From Aeromonas phage LAh_6, in sequence record NC_048774.1: a stretch of 32,000 bases of DNA. One strand, written 5' to 3'. The notes under the pieces are model-generated. The model worked only from the letters and a program-made list of their open reading frames with translations, did no database searches and was not told where the DNA came from. Shown here one piece after another: positions 22,538 through 30,640 of the stretch. A program made the translations under genes and the position numbers. Positions within the stretch are counted from its first letter, which is position 1. Each line of letters begins with the position of its first letter.

Positions 22538-24343
22538 TTAGTGCGTGGCATACCAAGAGCTTCCAGACATTGCATCAGAGGCCAATGGACATTTCATATT
22601 AAGGTATTCACCTGCACGTCTTACACAATTACCCATATACTCCATCAACTCTTGCATATCATCTGGATGGCAAGACCACTGACCTTCATCATGTATATCA
22701 AGAACTTTCGTGGCACGAATACCACTACGTTTAACATCATTACGAAGGAAGCACATTGCATATTTCATAACAATGGCACCAGCAGATTGAAGAAGTAAGT
22801 TCAGTGCTTTATGAACCTGTGGTGTTCCATCTTCATCAGTACGTAGGTACAAATGACGACCATCAAGACCAATCAGGTATCCAGCTCTACCCTTAGCTTG
22901 CATACGTTCAATTAAAATCGCTATACAAGGGTTTTCACGTAAGAAGGTTTCTCGAATCTTAGCACCTTCTTCTTTACCACCGTTAACCAGTTCACCAAGC
23001 TTGGCATCACCGGCACCGTAGTTAAACCCATATATAAACGACTTTGCTGCTTTTCGGGTTGGTAGACCAGCAAGTTTCTGGTTGTGTGAGTGAATGTCAC
23101 CCTCCAACAAAACTTGACGGTATAGTAAAGCCGAGTCAAGACCAGATTGTGCTCGCTTCGCCTTTTCAGCATCACAAACAGCATTGGCCTCTTCCAGCAT
23201 GTCTTGACACTCTTTTATCATGAAATGACAAAGCATCCGAAGTTCCAGACCTGCTCCATCATAACCAACAAATACCTGTCTGCCCGCTGGTATGTAATCC
23301 CGATACGTGTGATAGACCTTCTTATCACCATCCATTTCCCAATACAGATTCCTGTCTGGGATAATGAACTCTTTGTCAATAGCCTTCTTAATGATAGTTG
23401 GTTTTAAGACTGTCTTATCCTCATAACCAACAAACATCGAACGACATTCTTTACCAAAAGGTGCACCTGAAGCGGGTATGTTAACAACAACACGGTGTCT
23501 CATACGAGCTGTTGGCGTTGCACATGGGTTAGCTTGACCTTCCAAATGTCCGTCATCACGTATCTGCTTTATCAAACCTTCAATCAGTGATCTTCGGTGT
23601 GACCAAACCATACGCTCTTTCAGAAGATGGAGAGCTAAACCAGCATTTTCATCAACTGATTCAAAAGAATCTTCTGTAATCTTTGGAGAAGAGATCCAGA
23701 ATTGACTAAGCAGGAGTTTTTTCTTTATTTGTGCAAAGGTAGGTGGTTTACCTCCACGAGGAAAGCCCAAACCTGAAAGATATGCCCTCATGTAGTTTAC
23801 GGATTTGTTACGGAAATGTGTATCAATGTAACCATTCAGCAACGTGTTGTAATATTCACGTTCATCAGGAGGACACATTTCCATGAACTTGTTGAAACCC
23901 TGTCTTTCTAAACGTTTTCTGTACGTCCAGATCTTCATAGGCATCTTTTTGGTGTTCCATTCAGTTGGAACCCATCCGTTATCCAACATGTACAATTTTA
24001 CACGAGCTGATTTACCAGTGTCAAAAGGTGTATACCACACAGATGTAAAAGGGCCACCTATTTCTTCACGAGACAGTCCAACAGTTTCGGCGTAAATTCC
24101 AGGATATTTGGCAAGTTTACCGCTTATTAGAAAAGGTTTCTTGTACTCCGACCCAATGTTAAGCATTTTAGGAAGTAGAGGCACAAGAACTTTATCTATT
24201 TTTGCAATCTTCTCAGATAACAGATAAACGTTCCATGCAGCATCACGCTTCTTAAAATTTACACCAAGTTTGGCTTGTTGTGAGATGATATCAGCAATAC
24301 TCATCTCTAATAGAAAAGGGTTAGTCCACACGGAATCTTTCAT
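22538..24343 (-). CDS. family A DNA polymerase, polymerase domain only (no 3'-5' exonuclease motifs)
   Basis: Motif A YDGAGLELRML, motif B RKAAKSFIYGFNYGAG, motif C VLDIHDEGQW. The N-terminus begins after where the Exo I-III motifs would lie. Confidence 0.8.
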   Translation of the reverse strand: MKDSVWTNPFLLEMSIADIISQQAKLGVNFKKRDAAWNVYLLSEKIAKIDKVLVPLLPKMLNIGSEYKKPFLISGKLAKYPGIYAETVGLSREEIGGPFTSVWYTPFDTGKSARVKLYMLDNGWVPTEWNTKKMPMKIWTYRKRLERQGFNKFMEMCPPDEREYYNTLLNGYIDTHFRNKSVNYMRAYLSGLGFPRGGKPPTFAQIKKKLLLSQFWISSPKITEDSFESVDENAGLALHLLKERMVWSHRRSLIEGLIKQIRDDGHLEGQANPCATPTARMRHRVVVNIPASGAPFGKECRSMFVGYEDKTVLKPTIIKKAIDKEFIIPDRNLYWEMDGDKKVYHTYRDYIPAGRQVFVGYDGAGLELRMLCHFMIKECQDMLEEANAVCDAEKAKRAQSGLDSALLYRQVLLEGDIHSHNQKLAGLPTRKAAKSFIYGFNYGAGDAKLGELVNGGKEEGAKIRETFLRENPCIAILIERMQAKGRAGYLIGLDGRHLYLRTDEDGTPQVHKALNLLLQSAGAIVMKYAMCFLRNDVKRSGIRATKVLDIHDEGQWSCHPDDMQELMEYMGNCVRRAGEYLNMKCPLASDAMSGSSWYATH

Positions 24344-24346
24344 TGA

Positions 24347-24604
24347 TTATCCTAATTTCAGAGTTAACATAGGGAACTTGTCAGGGTTTTTCATTGACTC
24401 CAAAACCTCTACTAGGTTCAGTACAATGTGGGTATTACTACCTGTAATTGGTACAGTTTTAAACTGATTTATAGCTAAATAATCTGTTCCAAACGTAGTC
24501 CCAGTACCAAGTTGATCGGACATAAACACCGAGAGGGTATCAGAGTCCTTACTTATCAGAATGGTTCCTTTATGTTCACCATTAATCACTTGAAAACCCT
24601 GCAT
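24347..24604 (-). CDS. hypothetical protein
   Basis: Track ORF between thyX and the polymerase. Confidence 0.5.
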   Translation of the reverse strand: MQGFQVINGEHKGTILISKDSDTLSVFMSDQLGTGTTFGTDYLAINQFKTVPITGSNTHIVLNLVEVLESMKNPDKFPMLTLKLG

Positions 24605-25332
24605 TAAGAACCCTCTTGTTTGATTGTACCCTTCAACTCAGACCAAGCTATAGGAAACAAAACACTCATCTGCTCATCCAGCAATCGTGCAAATTCACGA
24701 ACTTCAGATTGAGCATGTTCACTGGAGCGTTGACGATACACCTCAAACCAGCCCCACAATGAACCAGTCCACATCCAACGAGTAATCATCCCTTGTGGTA
24801 AGATAAATCTAGCCTGCTCAGGTGCAAGTCCAGCTTTTACCATACACTCATAGGCATCCAAAGCCTTCTCAATGATGTCATCAAAAACATCAGAGATTTT
24901 TAGATACTCTTCGTAATGACCATCAGTAGAAGACCAGTATGTTACTTTGTAGTCAGTCATCACATTCTTTACATCTTCGTCCGTAGACCCATCATGTAGC
25001 TTATCTGGTCGTCCACGGAACATCTCCGGTGTAAACACATCAATCACACTATCCCGATAGCGCATAGACCGTTCGTTCCAAGAGAATCCAGCTTGATGTT
25101 TACCAAGTTGACGGGCAATAGCAATAGGTGCTTCGCATTCAAAGGTGACTTGCGGGTGACGGAATGGAGTCACATGACGCTCTTTTGCAAGGAATCGTAT
25201 CAGGCGAGTCGGATTAGTGTCTTCTCGTGAAAACTGACTCTCACCTTCACCACCAAGTGTAGCCTTAGCGGCCTCAAACACTCGGAAGTCATCCCCCATC
25301 TGATCAACAAGTTTGATAGAAATACCTTTCAT
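24604..25332 (-). CDS. thyX: flavin-dependent thymidylate synthase
   Basis: ThyX-type motif KHQAGFSWNERSMRY (compare RHRxxSxxxxSxRY). Start moved to MKGISIK (TAATG overlap with the upstream gene). Confidence 0.75.
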   Translation of the reverse strand: MKGISIKLVDQMGDDFRVFEAAKATLGGEGESQFSREDTNPTRLIRFLAKERHVTPFRHPQVTFECEAPIAIARQLGKHQAGFSWNERSMRYRDSVIDVFTPEMFRGRPDKLHDGSTDEDVKNVMTDYKVTYWSSTDGHYEEYLKISDVFDDIIEKALDAYECMVKAGLAPEQARFILPQGMITRWMWTGSLWGWFEVYRQRSSEHAQSEVREFARLLDEQMSVLFPIAWSELKGTIKQEGS

Positions 25333-25619
25333 TAAACCACAGCCCTCCATTCAGTTTTTACAACTTCTTTCTTTTCTACTTGATAAGGTTTTGTATAGCA
25401 AGTCTCCCATTGAATACCCCACTCTGGCTCTGTTGAAACTTCACATGCCCAAAATGTACCCAATAGGTTTTTATCTACTTCAAACTTATCAATACAGAAT
25501 TGATCTATCTCAATGATAAATTTCATAAATGACCAACCGTGGTCATCAACATCAATCAACTCCTCATCAAGGTAGTCAGAAGATTTCATTATCTTCTTAA
25601 ATTGATCTATCGAAAGCAT
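25332..25619 (-). CDS. hypothetical protein
   Basis: Track ORF. Confidence 0.5.
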   Translation of the reverse strand: MLSIDQFKKIMKSSDYLDEELIDVDDHGWSFMKFIIEIDQFCIDKFEVDKNLLGTFWACEVSTEPEWGIQWETCYTKPYQVEKKEVVKTEWRAVV

Positions 25620-25624
25620 ACTAA

Positions 25625-25852
25625 TTATCGAACCTCTTGTAGATATTCACATTGCAACGGTGGTTGGTTAGACAGTGGGTTTGGGTAGATAAAAGGGATT
25701 ACTTTATACATTTTCACATTCTGCATAAAGATCAAGGACTTCATATGAAATTTCAGAAGTCGTGCCTCTTTACGAGTACCTGCTGTAAGATCAATAGGTA
25801 CATCAGGGTTGTCTTTATGAAATGTTCTTACTTTCCAAAAATGCTTCTTCAT
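25625..25852 (-). CDS. hypothetical protein
   Basis: Track ORF. Confidence 0.45.
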   Translation of the reverse strand: MKKHFWKVRTFHKDNPDVPIDLTAGTRKEARLLKFHMKSLIFMQNVKMYKVIPFIYPNPLSNQPPLQCEYLQEVR

Positions 25853-26043
25853 ACAAAATCCTCTTTAGCTTTCAAAGCTTTCTCTTCTGTGGGGTAATCT
25901 GAATGCCAGATCATAAGCCCACGGTCATCTTGGACATAAAGCCCGTAAAAATCTGCAAACTCCATAGGAGCTTCTTCAACACATGGTTGACCGTCAATCA
26001 TGACTTCAATACAACCACGAACTTCAGCGTATGCCATTTTCAA
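25849..26043 (-). CDS. hypothetical protein
   Basis: Track ORF with a 4-nt overlap with the downstream gene. Confidence 0.45.
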   Translation of the reverse strand: MKMAYAEVRGCIEVMIDGQPCVEEAPMEFADFYGLYVQDDRGLMIWHSDYPTEEKALKAKEDFV

Positions 26044-26046
26044 TCC

Positions 26047-26220
26047 TCAGTGGAGAATACCAACACTCATTGGCAGAACACGAACACCTTGTTTTTCAGT
26101 CAAGGAGTTTAAACCATTAACTGCATCTTCATAAGATGGATAGATGCAGGCTCGAATGCACTCATATTCATCCTCTGTCATTAAGAGGTTGCCATTAGAG
26201 ATTAAACCAAACCATTCCAT
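26047..26220 (-). CDS. hypothetical protein
   Basis: Start moved to MEWFGL (AGGTGA 5 nt upstream). The track start lies inside the terminator hairpin. Confidence 0.45.
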   Translation of the reverse strand: MEWFGLISNGNLLMTEDEYECIRACIYPSYEDAVNGLNSLTEKQGVRVLPMSVGILH

Positions 26221-26230
26221 AACATCACCT

Positions 26231-26259
26231 AAAAAGAAAGGGCGCACTAGGCACCCTTT
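26231..26259 (-). terminator. rho-independent terminator
   Basis: On the minus strand: AAAGGGTGC-CTAGT-GCGCCCTTT followed by CTTTTT. Same CTAGT loop as the terminator at 15603-15630. Confidence 0.6.
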
Positions 26260-26285
26260 AGATTAAAACCAATCCTCTTCCCTGA

Positions 26286-26624
26286 TCATGAAGGTTTCTT
26301 CACAGGTAGTCTGGATTTGTGGCCCTTACGAGCACCAGCAGCTTTACCAGCTTTACTCCCCATCTTACCACCGGCAGATGTATTGGAACTTGCAGGCCTT
26401 ACTGCTAGATTTGAACTGTGATTTGATCCACCTTCTTTCAAAGGCTTCTTATGATCTACATGCTCGTCAGGTCGGAGTTTACGACCAAGACGTTTTTCTA
26501 CAATTCTACGGGCTCTGTGGCGTTTGGCATCTTTCGATTTACTACCTACACCAGTTTCACCACGCTTAATTGCAGTCTTCCGCTCCTGCTCATAATCTCG
26601 AACATAGTTTTCGTTTGATGGCAA
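26286..26624 (-). CDS. small basic protein with an HNH-like motif (TTG start)
   Basis: DEHVDHKKPLKEGGSNHSSNLAV resembles the H-N core of HNH nucleases. The tail is K/G/A-rich. A perfect AAGGAGG lies 4 nt before the TTG. Confidence 0.45.
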   Translation of the reverse strand: MPSNENYVRDYEQERKTAIKRGETGVGSKSKDAKRHRARRIVEKRLGRKLRPDEHVDHKKPLKEGGSNHSSNLAVRPASSNTSAGGKMGSKAGKAAGARKGHKSRLPVKKPS

Positions 26625-26907
26625 AATTACCTCCTTTAAGTCTTTCTATGTTTGCGAGAAAACCTTCCCTCCATACATAGCAGTCTAGTATGTTACCATC
26701 ATTGTTAGGCTTTTTAACCCAACTTTTAGGTATCCACACATCTAAACCTTTATACACAAAAAGGTAGGCTTTTTCAGTTTCCCTTTTCAGGGAGTTGAAT
26801 TCTAAATGTATGTGGTAATAAAGAGGGTCTGGAGGGATTCCACCACCTTCACCTTCATAGTCATCCCAAGGGTCGATACCACATTGTAACCATGCATCTG
26901 AAAACAT
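26590..26907 (-). CDS. hypothetical protein
   Basis: Track ORF. It overlaps the downstream gene by 35 nt. Confidence 0.45.
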   Translation of the reverse strand: MFSDAWLQCGIDPWDDYEGEGGGIPPDPLYYHIHLEFNSLKRETEKAYLFVYKGLDVWIPKSWVKKPNNDGNILDCYVWREGFLANIERLKGGNFAIKRKLCSRL

Positions 26908-26922
26908 ATAAAACCACTGAAA

Positions 26923-27087
26923 CTATTTCTTCTTGTTTAGGACACCACCTTCTTTAAAGAAATTTACACGAGCTTCCTCTTTTGCAACTTCCTCTTTTGA
27001 AGGCTTATCTTTACCAAAGTTCTTTAGAACCTTTTTAGGATTCTTTTTTGAAACAAGTTTAAAACCTTTTTTAGTTTTCTTTAACAT
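26923..27087 (-). CDS. small Lys-rich protein
   Basis: Start moved to MLKKTKKGF (GGAGG upstream). The ATGA-type overlap with the upstream membrane ORF stop supports both genes. Confidence 0.45.
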   Translation of the reverse strand: MLKKTKKGFKLVSKKNPKKVLKNFGKDKPSKEEVAKEEARVNFFKEGGVLNKKK

Positions 27088-27317
27088 CATACCTCCATGA
27101 ACAGTTGTATGACTAAGAAAATCATAGAACTGAATCCGTGATAAAGACAATAAATTATAGAGTTTATAGCAAACCAAATCAAATATGTTAAGGAAAATCC
27201 TTTTATTACAAAACTTCCTATAACAATAGATGAACTGGAATCTATATCTTTATGAAATACTAGACTTATCAATAGCGGTGTTAAGAATATCGCTATTATT
27301 GTTGATAGATCGGACAT
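27087..27317 (-). CDS. small membrane protein (about 3 hydrophobic segments)
   Basis: Track ORF shortened to ATG MSDLST (AAGGA 8 nt upstream). It overlaps the Zn-ribbon ORF 27250..27417 in another frame. Confidence 0.4.
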   Translation of the reverse strand: MSDLSTIIAIFLTPLLISLVFHKDIDSSSSIVIGSFVIKGFSLTYLIWFAINSIIYCLYHGFSSMIFLVIQLFMEV

Positions 27318-27417
27318 CCAAAGATTCCTTTTTGGAATACCACTCACAATCATTGCAGATGTAAAAACCACCGGAACATAGAAATACCTTTTTACTATTA
27401 CACTTGGGGCATTTCAT
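27250..27417 (-). CDS. 55-aa zinc-ribbon mini-protein 2 (not in track)
   Basis: MKCPKCNSKKVFLCSGGFYICNDCEWYSKKESLDVRSINNNSDILNTAIDKSSIS. AAGGA lies 7 nt upstream. Confidence 0.45.
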   Translation of the reverse strand: MKCPKCNSKKVFLCSGGFYICNDCEWYSKKESLDVRSINNNSDILNTAIDKSSIS

Positions 27418-27565
27418 CTGGAGATCCTTGTAGAGGAGTGGTTGATTCTACAATTAACTCTGGTGGTGTTTCTACTTCATTACTGCAAGAACTACATACC
27501 CAAATCTCGGAATTTTTTACTTCTTTAAAATGAGATGTAAATTCATTGCATTTTTGACAAAACAT
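27398..27565 (-). CDS. 55-aa zinc-ribbon mini-protein 1 (not in track)
   Basis: MFCQKCNEFTSHFKEVKNSEIWVCSSCSNEVETPPELIVESTTPLQGSPDEMPQV. It starts 2 nt after the ATP-cone gene stop. Confidence 0.45.
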   Translation of the reverse strand: MFCQKCNEFTSHFKEVKNSEIWVCSSCSNEVETPPELIVESTTPLQGSPDEMPQV

Positions 27566-27567
27566 CC

Positions 27568-27840
27568 TCATCCAGGCACCCCCAGACTTTTTAACAGATA
27601 AGATTTCAAGATATAAACATTACCTAAGTCCATCAATCTTTCCATAACAAGATCTAGCAAAACCTCTGTGGATACAACATCTTTGTCTAAAACCTTTGAT
27701 TGAACCTCCAATGCAATTTGAAGGGCATCTTGTAAATCTTGATACCCAGCATTTTCCATTGCAGTTTGAACAGATTCTATGATTCGGTTTATCTCAAAAG
27801 GTTCTTGAAATCCTTTATTAACAACCTCTACCATAATCAC
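27568..27840 (-). CDS. free-standing ATP-cone domain protein
   Basis: VEVVNKGFQEPFEINRIIESV...VVSTEVLLDLVMERLMDLGNVYILKSYL follows the ATP-cone pattern (VxKxxGxxEPFxxxKI...IxDxVxxxL...Y) seen in NrdR, NrdA and NrdD N-termini. Confidence 0.55.
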   Translation of the reverse strand: MIMVEVVNKGFQEPFEINRIIESVQTAMENAGYQDLQDALQIALEVQSKVLDKDVVSTEVLLDLVMERLMDLGNVYILKSYLLKSLGVPG

Positions 27841-28307
27841 TCCTCAGGCTTAGTCGAACGCACAAAGTACGCCATTTTACCAGCCCAAGCATCGGTTTCC
27901 TGAAGCAGGTTTTCAGTTGTTCGGTCAACATACATCATGTTTTCAAGGATGTTGCTGCTAAACTCTTCAAGAACTTCAACCATATCACAACACATTTCTT
28001 CAGATTCATCTTCAAAATCATTGCTCACTGTTGAGTTTTTGATAAGGAATGGTAGATCAGACCGAACTTTGTATTGGAGTGCTCGCATCCGCTCTCCAAT
28101 AATATCAATATGGTCATAGGCACCTTCATAAATAGTGTCGTATGTTTTATGATCGCCATAGAAATTAGGGCCTTCAGTATTCCAGTGATAGTTCTTAGCT
28201 TTTATACCAATGATGTACAGATTAGAAAGAATTGTAGCCAGAATCTCTTCTGTGCTTTTCATCTCAATCGTAACAATACGACTATTTTTATCTTTTGGAG
28301 CAAGCAT
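27837..28307 (-). CDS. Dps-like ferritin-fold protein
   Basis: KNYHWNTEGPNFYGDHKTYDTIYEGAYDHIDIIGERMRAL aligns by eye with the Dps ferroxidase region ([23 protein letters not shown]...HIDEIAERI). Confidence 0.65.
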   Translation of the reverse strand: MLAPKDKNSRIVTIEMKSTEEILATILSNLYIIGIKAKNYHWNTEGPNFYGDHKTYDTIYEGAYDHIDIIGERMRALQYKVRSDLPFLIKNSTVSNDFEDESEEMCCDMVEVLEEFSSNILENMMYVDRTTENLLQETDAWAGKMAYFVRSTKPEE

Positions 28308-28588
28308 TAATTATCCCCTTGTCTCATTTCTTCAAGATCCATGTTCGCACCAACATTTCCTTCAATATTAGCTTGAACTTGTTGTGAAATAACTACTAGA
28401 TTGTCGGGGAATGCATAGGTTGTTTTATTCTTCTCCATATTGAAGATTTGAATACGGATTGGTGTAGCTCCAACAACTTTAGCTATTTCCAAACCTTTAC
28501 CATACTTTCCATTACCCCACACCACGTAGTCACCTACTCGGATAACACGCTGTAGCTTATCCCTGTGAATATATTTCATTAACGCCAT
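28307..28588 (-). CDS. hypothetical protein
   Basis: Start moved to MALMKYI, 1 nt after the upstream stop. Confidence 0.45.
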   Translation of the reverse strand: MALMKYIHRDKLQRVIRVGDYVVWGNGKYGKGLEIAKVVGATPIRIQIFNMEKNKTTYAFPDNLVVISQQVQANIEGNVGANMDLEEMRQGDN

Positions 28589-28589
28589 A

Positions 28590-28775
28590 TCACAGATGAT
28601 CCTCTTGACTATCAAGGAAATTGTCCTCAAACAAGTCGTCAGCTGGGTTATCACAATCATCTAGATTACTGAAATATTCGGGATCAAGGTACATATCTTC
28701 TGCATCTTCGTAATCCCCGAAGAGGATAGATTCCTCTGCTGAATCTAGAATATCATCAAAAATTAGCTCATTCAT
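28590..28775 (-). CDS. highly acidic 61-aa protein
   Basis: Start moved to MNELIFDD (CAGGAGGTG SD). The sequence is dominated by D/E with interspersed aromatics. Confidence 0.5.
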   Translation of the reverse strand: MNELIFDDILDSAEESILFGDYEDAEDMYLDPEYFSNLDDCDNPADDLFEDNFLDSQEDHL

Positions 28776-28826
28776 AGGAGCACCTCCTGTCTTTGTAATA
28801 CTATTAGTGGTGTATAGAGGCAACCC

Positions 28827-29318
28827 TTACACCTTATTTGTCAGGCGGTGAATAATCTGATTAGAAGACCCCCGCCAAGCAAGCGATGGATCTTTTAACT
28901 CTTCTACGAATTTACCATCAATGAGAACATCAACGTTTTGAAGGATTCGACGTCTTAGGTAATTGTTCCGATCTTCGAAATCGTTCAATTCATCCAAAGT
29001 ATACCCAGTCCACATCCAGATATTCTTAGTGTTACCAAAGGCATACCGGATAAGGGATGTTAATCTCAATATTTCTGAGATGTTTCCAGTGTATAATGGG
29101 TCTCCACCAGTCAGTGTAAGACCACTAATATGATCCGGTTTTAAACTTTCTAAGATTTCCTCAATGGTTTCGATTGTAAAATCATTCCCATTATCTGGGT
29201 TCCATGTGGATTTATTATAACAACCCCTACACTGGTGATCACAACCTGATACGAAGAGTGTTACACGAACACCCTCACCATTGACTACGTCGTTTTTATA
29301 GAGTGCACTGTATCTCAT
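28827..29318 (-). CDS. nrdG: anaerobic ribonucleotide reductase activating protein (radical SAM)
   Basis: FVSGCDHQCRGCYN is the NrdG CxxxCxxC cluster motif. The size is typical. Confidence 0.8.
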   Translation of the reverse strand: MRYSALYKNDVVNGEGVRVTLFVSGCDHQCRGCYNKSTWNPDNGNDFTIETIEEILESLKPDHISGLTLTGGDPLYTGNISEILRLTSLIRYAFGNTKNIWMWTGYTLDELNDFEDRNNYLRRRILQNVDVLIDGKFVEELKDPSLAWRGSSNQIIHRLTNKV

Positions 29319-29866
29319 ATTTTCAGTTTTCTCTTAACTTCATCAATATCCTCTTTAATGTAAAAGTTATAACACTTAACACCATGTTTCTTAGCCAATT
29401 GCCATGCTGTATTTGTACCGCCTTTTACTCCAGTTTTTGTTGGAGGTGCATAACAAAACAACACACGACTTGGGGTGTTAAGGTCATCTCCTAAAACCTG
29501 ATAAACATTCCGTGTATGAAGGGCTCTAGCACCTCGGCTAAGTTTATCCCACACTGGATGGACTGTTGAGGCAATCTCTTCAGCCTGTTTGTAGTTATCA
29601 AAATTTGGAGCTATAACATTACTTTCAGAAAACACCCGTTCATTAAAACCTTTCCATGGAAGATACTCGACAAAAGGGGTTGGTTTAACAGTTTGAAACT
29701 TATGCTCACCCCATCCAAAGTAAAAAGCGGAGTCAGCTCCATCTGCTGCCCCGCTTCTTCCAATATAACCAAGTTCTGCCATTCTAAAGGCCACAGCTTT
29801 CATAAACTCCATTATTTCGAGAGGGGTCTCCCTTGACCCCACTCCTGTATAGAATTTATCAGTCAT
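29315..29866 (-). CDS. SLOG-superfamily (DprA/Smf/DUF2493-like) Rossmann-fold protein
   Basis: YTGVGSRETP...GYIGRSGAADGADSAF matches the GSR...SGGAxGxD signature. Start moved to ATG MTDKFY. Confidence 0.5.
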   Translation of the reverse strand: MTDKFYTGVGSRETPLEIMEFMKAVAFRMAELGYIGRSGAADGADSAFYFGWGEHKFQTVKPTPFVEYLPWKGFNERVFSESNVIAPNFDNYKQAEEIASTVHPVWDKLSRGARALHTRNVYQVLGDDLNTPSRVLFCYAPPTKTGVKGGTNTAWQLAKKHGVKCYNFYIKEDIDEVKRKLKI

Positions 29867-30626
29867 TATAAGCCCTGAGAGCGTGTTGACAAAGTTCAGA
29901 TCGGACACAGTCCTCTATCCCAAATTCAATAATAGAGGTGTACTTGTCATTCCGAAAACGTTCCAGTGCATCTTCAAGACCAGAAGGAACTTCTTTGGGC
30001 AAATCACACTGGGTAATATCGCCATTCACAATTACAGTAACATTCTCACCAAGACGTGTGAGGAACATTTTCATTTGCTGTGGCGTTACGTTTTGAGCTT
30101 CATCCAAAATGATTACTGCGTTTTCAAAAGTACGACCACGCATATAGGCGAATGGGGCAATCTCCACTTTTGCAACCCGAGGTTTCAAACAATACTCAAG
30201 GTAGGTTGATCCAAGTCGTTTCAGCAACACATCATACACAGGTCTGAAGTATGGTGCAAACTTCTCACTCATATCTCCAGGCAGGTATCCAAGGTCTTCA
30301 TCAGCTGATAGAACTGGACGAGTCACAATGATACGTTCAACATCTTTTGCAAGAAGTCGTTCACAGGCATAAACCGTACTTAGAAAAGTCTTACCACAAC
30401 CCGCCTCACCAGTGGCAAACACCAGTGGTTTGTGATGCAGGGCGTGAATATAACGAGCTTGTGAAATATTCTTCGGCTCAATACGACTTTTATCCGGTTT
30501 GACTTTCAATTCTTCAAACTGTTCATCGGATTGACTCTGAACAAAACGCTCCATTTCTGGAGCATCCATCATTTGTCGACGAGCCTGTGGGCGAAAATTA
30601 CGAGCACTCTTTCGAGATTTTCTCAT
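29859..30626 (-). CDS. phoH: PhoH-like ATPase
   Basis: Walker A GEAGCGKTF. ILDEAQN (Walker B). The layout is typical of phage PhoH. AAGGAG SD. Confidence 0.8.
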   Translation of the reverse strand: MRKSRKSARNFRPQARRQMMDAPEMERFVQSQSDEQFEELKVKPDKSRIEPKNISQARYIHALHHKPLVFATGEAGCGKTFLSTVYACERLLAKDVERIIVTRPVLSADEDLGYLPGDMSEKFAPYFRPVYDVLLKRLGSTYLEYCLKPRVAKVEIAPFAYMRGRTFENAVIILDEAQNVTPQQMKMFLTRLGENVTVIVNGDITQCDLPKEVPSGLEDALERFRNDKYTSIIEFGIEDCVRSELCQHALRAYND

Positions 30627-30640
30627 GAAAACTCCTTTTA

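Noticed and set aside
25333-25350. Upstream start (MEGCGL) for thyX. The same issue affects the track starts of 26047..26247, 28307..28660, 28590..28823, 29315..29908 and 21097..21573.
   Set aside because: In each case a downstream ATG sits right at the upstream stop or behind a clear SD. The longer versions overlap neighbours or hairpins.
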